Shown: piece after piece, positions 57,239 through 64,000 of the stretch
How positions within the stretch are numbered: the first letter of the stretch is position 1
Layout: each line of letters starts with the position of its first letter
IMG/VR virus record: IMGVR_UViG_3300021389_000015
Coordinates: 1-64,000 of that record
Source of the DNA: a virus
Direction: 5' to 3' (one strand)
DNA length: 64,000 nucleotides
Program-made: the position numbers and the translations under genes
The notes under the pieces: generated by a model
What the model was told of the DNA's origin: nothing
Database searches by the model: none
What the model saw: the letters and a program-made list of their open reading frames with translations, nothing else

Positions 57239-57500
57239 TATATAACGATGAAACAAAGTGAAAAGTTCACTGGACTCGGGGGCAGTACCCGACAGCTCCA
57301 CCAAAAATACTATTATCGAGTATTTCTGATGGGGCTGAAATAGGATCGACAGGTACAATAACGATGTGGAGTTATCCGGATGTAAGCTCGGTTAATGCGA
57401 ACAATATACTAAATGCAAACGATAATTTTGCACCTCAAGAGTTAGCGCAAGCTGCTTAATTCTTATGCGCCCGGTGAGAGCGTGGAAACAGAATCTCACC
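57239..57500 (+). ncRNA. ssrA: circularly permuted two-piece tmRNA (alphaproteobacterial type); ends approximate
   Basis: T-arm with GGCAGTA loop and CAGCTCC-A-CCA (ends 57303) precedes the GGGGCTG 5' end (57331); G3-U wobble; tag frame 57415-57459 ANDNFAPQELAQAA*. Confidence 0.95.
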
Positions 57501-57523
57501 ATTAACACACACAGGAGGACAAT

Positions 57524-57757
57524 ATGTCTAAAAACGCATACGAAATAAGACTCGAAACTTTAAGAATGGCCAAAGAGATGGCCGATACACAGTTCTGTTT
57601 ACAACAGGATATTATGTATAGAATGATCGATCAGGCGCAAGAAAAACGCATGGACATCATGGACGCGGTCAATGATCACTCACCACTGATGTATCAGCCG
57701 GTTGATCTCATTGAAACCGCAAATAAGCTATATGCTTATGTAGGCGAAAAACAATAG
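57524..57757 (+). CDS. hypothetical protein
   Basis: AGGAGG SD; NAYEIRLETLRMAKEM. Confidence 0.75.
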   Translation: MSKNAYEIRLETLRMAKEMADTQFCLQQDIMYRMIDQAQEKRMDIMDAVNDHSPLMYQPVDLIETANKLYAYVGEKQ

Positions 57758-57766
57758 GATAAAATT

Positions 57767-57979
57767 ATGGCAGAAGTAGAAAAAAAGAACGGTATCGTTA
57801 TTAAAGATGAACACAACGAGTTTGAACTGGCACTCAGATTCCTCGGTAATGAACTGATCGCGATCAAGATGGCGGCGACAAACTTCAGTGGTAAACTGAT
57901 ACTGTGGAGTATTCTACTTCTGCTCTTTAGTTTCATGATGATCGAAGTCTTCGAAGTCAACACGTGGATAGGAGGATAA
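57767..57979 (+). CDS. small membrane protein
   Basis: FELALRFLGNELIA plus TM helix. Confidence 0.7.
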   Translation: MAEVEKKNGIVIKDEHNEFELALRFLGNELIAIKMAATNFSGKLILWSILLLLFSFMMIEVFEVNTWIGG

Positions 57980-57980
57980 C

Positions 57981-58139
57981 ATGTGGGGAAGACTCATTGA
58001 ATACACGGGTGGTAATGAATACAAACCACCTCAGTCAAAAAGGAGAAAGATTATGACACCCAACCCGCACTACATCAATATGATGATTAATATCGGTATC
58101 TTTGGTATGTTAATATACGTAGCTGTGCAAGTATCTTAA
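57981..58139 (+). CDS. 52-aa membrane peptide
   Basis: AGGAGG SD; C-terminal TM; not in ORF track. Confidence 0.55.
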   Translation: MWGRLIEYTGGNEYKPPQSKRRKIMTPNPHYINMMINIGIFGMLIYVAVQVS

Positions 58140-58750
58140 TGAGTAGCATAGTAGACGACAGATTAAACGATTTAAAAGATGACGTTATATATCATTTTAA
58201 AATCAATCACGATAAAGATAAGTTATTAAAAGAATCTAGTTCCGTTAGATATAATGCAATAAATGAAAAGAATCTTGAGAGATATAAAAGACTAGGATTT
58301 ATTGAAAAAGATACTATCAGCTATGATGTTGAGGATAAAGATTGGTTTAATAATCAAAGGGATTGGAAGATATCTTCAAGTTTAGATAATGATTCTAACA
58401 GTGAATCAGAACGTTTGCATGCGATTTTTAAAAGGTTATTACAGGTAGATAATTTAGGTCCTAGATTTCTTACTCAAAAAGAAGGAGCTGATGTTCACTA
58501 CCACATTGATGGCGAAACGTTATGTGCTATTAATTTTTTAGTAAAAGGAGAACGGACTCCAATATCTTTCAAGGATGTAGGACATTTTTATTATGACGTA
58601 GCATTAATTAACACTAATCACGCTCATTCCGTACCAAAACAAATCGACGAGGATAGAGTGTTATTTAAACTAAGAATAAAACAAATGACTTTTAAAGAAG
58701 CTAAGGAGAAACTAGTTGCTAACGAGAACTTTCGAGAGTTCTGGAACTAA
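58139..58750 (+). CDS. 2OG-Fe(II) oxygenase-like (DSBH) protein
   Basis: HID...CAINF...HSV...R facial-triad pattern. Confidence 0.65.
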   Translation: MSSIVDDRLNDLKDDVIYHFKINHDKDKLLKESSSVRYNAINEKNLERYKRLGFIEKDTISYDVEDKDWFNNQRDWKISSSLDNDSNSESERLHAIFKRLLQVDNLGPRFLTQKEGADVHYHIDGETLCAINFLVKGERTPISFKDVGHFYYDVALINTNHAHSVPKQIDEDRVLFKLRIKQMTFKEAKEKLVANENFREFWN

Positions 58751-59456
58751 ATTAAGATTATCGCTATTATTAAATTTAATAGCGTCTTTAATTTACGTAT
58801 CAGTGTATGGAATAACAATCACTAATCTTGTGACAATATTAGTGATGTACTTTTTATATATGTGCATAGGAATGGTGTGTACTTTTCACCGATTTTACTC
58901 TCATAAGTCATTTGAGTTTAGAAATACTTTTACAAAATACTTATGTACGACTCTTGGTTTACTGTCTGGCTCTGGTTCAGTGTTTGGCTGGTGTGGAGTT
59001 CATAACAAACATCACGATAAGCACGACACTCCAGAAGATCCACACGACTCTAAAAAAGGATTTTTAAGTCTTATAACTTTAAATTACGACTATAATATCG
59101 AACTTAGATACGTAAAATATCTTTTCAAAGACAAGTTTCTTATGATGACTCATAAGTACTACTACTTAATGATAATAGCGTACGTGGCAACGATAGCGAT
59201 ATTATTTGGACCACAAGGAGTTGTATTTGGATTTTGTATACCTTCGGCAATTAACGTCATGGTTCAAGGCCTCACTACTTTCTTCTTACACAAAGACGGA
59301 GCTCCACGATACGTGAATTGGTTAAACTGGTTAGTATTTGGAGATGGTAACCATGACGAGCATCATAAAGATGTCAAACAGTATAAGTTAAAACATTATG
59401 ATATATCAGGATGGGTGATACATTGGATATTACGAAAGCAACTCACAAAAATATAG
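58716..59456 (+). CDS. membrane fatty-acid desaturase (delta-9-like)
   Basis: His boxes HRFYSH, HNKHH, HDEHH; TM segments; TTG start. Confidence 0.9.
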   Translation: MLTRTFESSGTKLRLSLLLNLIASLIYVSVYGITITNLVTILVMYFLYMCIGMVCTFHRFYSHKSFEFRNTFTKYLCTTLGLLSGSGSVFGWCGVHNKHHDKHDTPEDPHDSKKGFLSLITLNYDYNIELRYVKYLFKDKFLMMTHKYYYLMIIAYVATIAILFGPQGVVFGFCIPSAINVMVQGLTTFFLHKDGAPRYVNWLNWLVFGDGNHDEHHKDVKQYKLKHYDISGWVIHWILRKQLTKI

Positions 59457-59980
59457 TACGTGATAAACAAGAAATATCAAGAGTATTTTCACTGGCGTAC
59501 GAAGATAACATTCACCACGTTAATCGAAATAATTATAAAACTGTAAGATTAGATGGTTACATCAGATTTGACGTACTTTACTTTGAAGATGATGTGATAT
59601 CTTTTTCAGGATTGTGGACTCACGATAAATGGAATGATTGCGCACGAGCTGCTGATAGATATTACATCTTTAAAAAATACAGATGTAAGACTCTAGTATC
59701 AAGACCAAGTATGTTTGCGGCATCTCAATTATTCATACCAAAGCAATTTAAGACAGCGATTGAATGGGGACTCCATCCGTTCGTATCGATACAAAATATA
59801 AAGAAGAAAAAAGTTATTGACATTACTCGAGAACGTCTTAAAAATAATCACGATCTCGATTGTGTAGTCCTTGATGAATTAAAATATACTTGTGTAGATA
59901 ACAGTGACTCTATTAATTGTTGGCAAAACATACTTACGTTGAGATCTTGTAAAGATCAAGTCTCTTCTTCGCTTTCATAA
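59411..59980 (+). CDS. putative GNAT-fold acyltransferase-like protein
   Basis: ISFSGL...ARAADRYYIFKKYR pattern. Confidence 0.4.
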   Translation: MGDTLDITKATHKNIVRDKQEISRVFSLAYEDNIHHVNRNNYKTVRLDGYIRFDVLYFEDDVISFSGLWTHDKWNDCARAADRYYIFKKYRCKTLVSRPSMFAASQLFIPKQFKTAIEWGLHPFVSIQNIKKKKVIDITRERLKNNHDLDCVVLDELKYTCVDNSDSINCWQNILTLRSCKDQVSSSLS

Positions 59981-60413
59981 AATCAATATCAAATATAGAC
60001 ATCTTAAAAAGTTTTCTTGGTTCGGTGACAGCTTCTACTCGATGTTCTGTCTGAACGTCGATCAGTGAAAAAGAGTAAGAGTGTGATGTTACGGTGCCAT
60101 CGCGTCGGAACCATATCGGGTCTTGATCCGTACTCAGTATCATGTTAATCGCGCACTTCGTACCTCTGTCAACATGCCACGGTACTTCACACTTATCTTT
60201 TAAGATATAATAACGAGGATGACACTGTACGTCTAAAATTTTGCTCATTCGTCTGTTGATCTCGTTCGTGTAAGGTCCTACGTCTTTACATATCATCCAG
60301 TAGTCAAGGCTCTTACCACCTAAAGGATCAAAGTACGGTTCGTACGAAGCCTCGTCACATTCTTGTAATATTAAATCTTTATCGTACTCTATGCAGTTAA
60401 TTTCTTGTATCAT
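59934..60413 (-). CDS. 2OG-Fe(II) oxygenase-like protein, paralog of 58139 ORF
   Basis: PWHVD...CAINM...HRV...RKLFK. Confidence 0.65.
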   Translation of the reverse strand: MIQEINCIEYDKDLILQECDEASYEPYFDPLGGKSLDYWMICKDVGPYTNEINRRMSKILDVQCHPRYYILKDKCEVPWHVDRGTKCAINMILSTDQDPIWFRRDGTVTSHSYSFSLIDVQTEHRVEAVTEPRKLFKMSIFDIDFMKAKKRLDLYKIST

Positions 60414-60837
60414 GTGGAATACATCCAACGATATGAATTCGAGTCTCTGTAGAAGCGTTGACTGCCGTGTGTAACTTTGTGGTATCGATGACGTAAGGTC
60501 TTCCGATATCAGGACACCTGACTACCTCGTCATCAACAACTAGGAAACACTTGTCGTTAGTCACCACGGGCACGTGTAGTCTCTTCGTAGGATCTTGATG
60601 ATAAGTATAGCACGTCTTCGATCTCATTCTCATGACTCGAGTCCTATAAAGGTTGTGATCATCTATAATGCTGTTCAGTACGGGTGTGTCAAAGATTTTT
60701 CTTACGAGTGCTGTGTCGTTACGATTAACTCCACAGCCAAGAAACGGGTCTCCGCTCTCGTCACTTTGTAAACATATCTGATCCTCAAAGCGAGGTAGAG
60801 ACATAATCTCTTCTATTATCTTTTTCGTATCATACAT
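60397..60837 (-). CDS. aspartyl/asparaginyl beta-hydroxylase-like 2OG-Fe(II) oxygenase
   Basis: HQD, RLHVPVVTN, HTAVN, RIHIV. Confidence 0.75.
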   Translation of the reverse strand: MYDTKKIIEEIMSLPRFEDQICLQSDESGDPFLGCGVNRNDTALVRKIFDTPVLNSIIDDHNLYRTRVMRMRSKTCYTYHQDPTKRLHVPVVTNDKCFLVVDDEVVRCPDIGRPYVIDTTKLHTAVNASTETRIHIVGCIPHDTRN

Positions 60838-61762
60838 ATTCTTTCCTAGAACAAAGTAAACCTATACATCCACAAATGTCTCGTTCGCAACTTATACTAT
60901 ATTTAGGCAATATAAAATTATCGACAAAAGACTTAAGATAAATGTTTGATTTTTTCGTAAAGTTTTGTCCACACGACATTGTTCCTATAAAACCTCTACT
61001 GTCTATCTGTATGAAGTCGTGATGAGCGTAACAACGATATCCAGTAAAAGTACCTCGTAAATTCTTCACGTGATGGAGTTGTAGATCAAAGATCTCTCCA
61101 TCACAGTTTACTTTACAAGATGGTTTCATGAGAGGTTGGTGTATGTTATCCTTGATGATCACCTCTTGTTCGAGCGAGTACTCTATCACTCTTCCGTTTT
61201 CTCTTAAAGTCTTAAGTTGAAAGTTAACATCACTAAATCTGTCTGATAGAGTACTATACGCGTCGATACACTCGTCAAATAACTTAGGATTTACCATCAC
61301 ATGTACTCGTAAACCGACATCGTCCTTGATACACTCGATAACTTTGGCCATGTGTTCGAGATCCGTATATTCAGAATGATAAGACAACAATACGTGATCG
61401 ATATATTGTAGGTTTTGCTTCCACCATCTTACAGTTCGACTTCCGTTCGATACAAAACCAATCTCACCAAAAGGTCTTAAGAAGTCCATCAACTGAACGA
61501 TGTCGCGATACAGTGTTGGTTCACCTCCACCAAAGTTAAACACTATCCTTTGTTTACTTACAGCATCGATCTCTTTCAACAGATGATATACATTTCTTTT
61601 TAAGACATCGTCGAGTCTTGGAACTCTGTCGGTGCCGGTGTTGGCGTTAGGAAAACAGTAAGAGCAATTGAAGTTACAAGTGTTACCAAGTACCCAGTCT
61701 ATTATCGTCAAGTCAGACACGTCTCTGTCTATAGATAAGATTTTCTTACCGTCGAGTCTCAT
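60830..61762 (-). CDS. radical SAM enzyme with C-terminal Cys cluster (SPASM/Twitch-like)
   Basis: CNFNCSYC, GGGEPT, SNG, C-terminal cysteines. Confidence 0.9.
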   Translation of the reverse strand: MRLDGKKILSIDRDVSDLTIIDWVLGNTCNFNCSYCFPNANTGTDRVPRLDDVLKRNVYHLLKEIDAVSKQRIVFNFGGGEPTLYRDIVQLMDFLRPFGEIGFVSNGSRTVRWWKQNLQYIDHVLLSYHSEYTDLEHMAKVIECIKDDVGLRVHVMVNPKLFDECIDAYSTLSDRFSDVNFQLKTLRENGRVIEYSLEQEVIIKDNIHQPLMKPSCKVNCDGEIFDLQLHHVKNLRGTFTGYRCYAHHDFIQIDSRGFIGTMSCGQNFTKKSNIYLKSFVDNFILPKYSISCERDICGCIGLLCSRKEYV

Positions 61763-61776
61763 ATCACTGTGTCATT

Positions 61777-61962
61777 TCATTTTTGTGCATATTTCTTCTT
61801 AAACGCATATACATCAAACATCTTCAGATTCATCCACATACAAAAGAATCCAAATATCGATACACCCAGATGACTCGACATCCCTACCTTTAAAGAATAA
61901 AGGATTAATAAGGAATAAAACGCCACTACTACTTGATCTTTTACCGTTAATTGATTACTCAT
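61777..61962 (-). CDS. small membrane protein
   Basis: AGGA SD; two hydrophobic stretches. Confidence 0.55.
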   Translation of the reverse strand: MSNQLTVKDQVVVAFYSLLILYSLKVGMSSHLGVSIFGFFCMWMNLKMFDVYAFKKKYAQK

Positions 61963-62321
61963 ATCCTACATATCATCCATATAATACATCCTATAATAGA
62001 ACAATATAGGGTCATCCAATAATACATGTCTCTCATACTCCATATAACTTCATTAATACACTCACAGAACAGTACGCTATAGTAATAACTACTATATAGA
62101 GTAATAGATAATCGGGTGTGGTCACGTGTACTATATCCTATATAGAAAAGGTTATCCATAACCTCATATGGTGTCTGTGTAATCTGTGTAAAGTACTCTA
62201 TACTATGTATATCGAGTAAAACTACAGTATCGGGGAGGAGAGAAGGGAACCTTAATGCCGTCAGACTCGCGGAGATTTTTTCTTAGTACAAAAATAAATC
62301 ACATAAAAACGCATAAAGTCC

Positions 62322-62349
62322 TTTACATTCTCGCACGGTGTGGTATAAT
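62322..62349 (+). promoter_or_regulatory. early sigma70-like promoter
   Basis: TTTACA-16 nt-TATAAT with TGTGG; 27-bp identity to 24522-24548. Confidence 0.8.
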
Positions 62350-62381
62350 AATACTATATTATTTTAAAGGGAGAAAAATAT

Positions 62382-62630
62382 ATGTTTAATACTATCTTAA
62401 CTTCAATCAAATCTAACGGAGAACAGGTACAGAGAGTCTATCAGGGTGAGACCGAGAAGCTGTCAGTATACTTCGCTACCAATCTATGGAGTACATACGA
62501 TAAGGATATCGGAGAGGAATTAGTATCCCTCGAGACTACCGATAGAGATATTAGTAATAGATCACTCTATATGATTGATAACAGAAACCTCTGTACTATG
62601 CACTCCAAGGATATCGAACTCCACTCGTAG
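62382..62630 (+). CDS. early hypothetical protein
   Basis: AAGGGAG SD after early promoter. Confidence 0.65.
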   Translation: MFNTILTSIKSNGEQVQRVYQGETEKLSVYFATNLWSTYDKDIGEELVSLETTDRDISNRSLYMIDNRNLCTMHSKDIELHS

Positions 62631-62880
62631 GAGTGACACCGAGCGCCCTTCTGGATCTGAGAGGATAGAGTCTATAGAGGACTACTGTTAGGGTGCTCAG
62701 TCAGTGTCTGATAAAGGGGTTTATATTGGAGAGTTTCGCAGTGGTATAACAGGTGGCCTTGTAGCCTGTCCTCGGTTGTCGTCTGAATACCTTTTTGACA
62801 AATTTTTTTTTCTCGAGAAATTTCTTCCCTCAGACTTTGTGTAACCATATAGATAACTATAGAAACAAAGGAGCTTTGTA

Positions 62881-63579
62881 ATATCCCATTTAATTTGTAA
62901 TATACCCAACCAAAAAGTATGGGTACGCCGTGAGTATCTGAGAGATCTCCAGGATGGACACGGTGAATTCGTCGAGGGTCACTGGGTATCCGCTAAGAGT
63001 ATCCCGGGTCGTGCCTTCTATTTCGAAACATTCTTACCCGAGTACGGTGCCTTATTCGATAAACTACCGATCAGTGCCTTTGTTGCTGATCCAGAGACAC
63101 CCTCTGTTGATATGGCATTACCCGATCTACAGTTCTGGAATTGCATGGACTACGGTGTTACATGTATACAGAAACAGTTTATAGGCTCTATGGATTTTGA
63201 AGTCTATACAAAGAATCATGGATTTGTAAAGGGTTCCTATATTGCTACCTTGGATAACTACCATATACATGCGGATGAGATTGATTACTCTACGGCAGAG
63301 CAGCCGGACGAGCATAAGTCTTTCAACTTGCTTGAACTCGAGAATGGGCAATACTGTCTGTATCCGAATAATCGAATGAGAGTGTATGATAATAGTCTGA
63401 CACCGAAGAATCCGAAGATGCCGGACTTTAAAGTATCTACCGAGTACTATCAGGTCGAGAATGGCAATGAGTACCGACTCGGAGATACGGAAGAGTACTT
63501 CTATGATGCGGAGCTCGCTGAGAATGTCGATAAAGAGAATGCCGTACCATCACACGGTATACTCGGTCAAGGATGCTGA
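62881..63579 (+). CDS. hypothetical protein resembling a conserved T4-like marine phage family, apparent ATA start
   Basis: Frame open 77 codons upstream of track start (SHLICNIP...WVRREYL...GHGEF...SIPGRAFYFE...EYGALFDKLP); AAGGAG 7 nt before ATA. Confidence 0.8.
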   Translation: MSHLICNIPNQKVWVRREYLRDLQDGHGEFVEGHWVSAKSIPGRAFYFETFLPEYGALFDKLPISAFVADPETPSVDMALPDLQFWNCMDYGVTCIQKQFIGSMDFEVYTKNHGFVKGSYIATLDNYHIHADEIDYSTAEQPDEHKSFNLLELENGQYCLYPNNRMRVYDNSLTPKNPKMPDFKVSTEYYQVENGNEYRLGDTEEYFYDAELAENVDKENAVPSHGILGQGC

Positions 63580-64000
63580 GTAAAAAAAACCTGCTTAAGA
63601 GAAAAAAAAATCTTGAAATGAAACAGATAATTAAAAAGTCTCATCACGCGACTATAGAACGCGACGGAGATAAGGTCATAAAGACTTTTACAGTACCAAA
63701 GAAGAGATGGATGCGAGACTGGTGGTATCATTATGACGCGTACTATAACATGTACGGAGGAGTACCACGAGTTTACGATGTGAACGAGAGCAGGATCGTG
63801 ATGGACTACGTTGAGGGAACTTCGGTAGAACACCATTTTTGGAGAGACGGTAATCTCAATCATGGAGTGGCGTACAAAGTCTTTTCCACGATCTTACAAA
63901 ACTTATCCAACATGGCAGAGTACTCGAGCATGATAGACACCGTGTGGTTTCATAATGACGCCGGCACACACAACTATATCTTTAACGGAGACGAGTATAT
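63573..64000 (+). CDS. protein kinase-like fold enzyme (RIO/Bud32/APH-like), truncated by window
   Basis: KVIK, VPRVYDV, IVMDYVEG, FHNDAGTHN (HxDxxxxN); start 63573 or 63618. Confidence 0.6.
   Translation, partial: MLSKKNLLKRKKNLEMKQIIKKSHHATIERDGDKVIKTFTVPKKRWMRDWWYHYDAYYNMYGGVPRVYDVNESRIVMDYVEGTSVEHHFWRDGNLNHGVAYKVFSTILQNLSNMAEYSSMIDTVWFHNDAGTHNYIFNGDEY

Noticed and set aside
57271-57303. Stand-alone tRNA gene
   Set aside because: Only a T-arm and acceptor 3' strand; it is the acceptor piece of the permuted tmRNA. No other tRNA was recognised by eye
57155-57358. Minus-strand 67-aa ORF
   Set aside because: Antisense shadow of the tmRNA gene and its promoter
61959-63863. Track ORFs 61959-62159, 62721-62909, 62954-63184, 63127-63351, 63567-63863
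   Set aside because: Low-complexity, or overlapping the better-supported 62881-63579 and 63573-64000 frames

Overview
64 kb of an AT-rich T4-like myophage genome, almost all on the + strand. It runs from the neck/tail/head module (gp14-gp23, gp3) through recombination, late-transcription and replication genes (uvsY, uvsW, gp55, gp47/46/45/44/62, regA, gp43, uvsX, gp41, rnh) into accessory regions. The host is probably an alphaproteobacterium (permuted two-piece tmRNA with an ANDN...AA tag; ROSE-like thermometer), and the gene content resembles marine T4-like phages. Most notable: (1) a cytosine hypermodification locus (gp42-like dCMP hydroxymethylase, alpha-glucosyltransferase-like enzyme, adjacent NDP-sugar epimerase, atypical C5 methyltransferase, UDG-fold protein) whose DNA-acting enzymes end in the same putative sliding-clamp-binding motif as the polymerase; (2) a glnA-type glutamine riboswitch under a T4 late promoter controlling an unannotated 33-aa basic peptide; (3) a phage-encoded circularly permuted tmRNA; (4) DadA+GlyA inserted between the clamp-loader genes; (5) a 12-gene glycan island with UDP-galactopyranose mutase; (6) a desaturase/2OG-oxygenase/GNAT-like/radical SAM cluster; (7) repeated early-promoter cassettes with a positioned palindrome, apparent ATA start codons and a metallothionein-like micro-ORF. 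All assignments come from motif recognition and synteny by eye; no searches were run.
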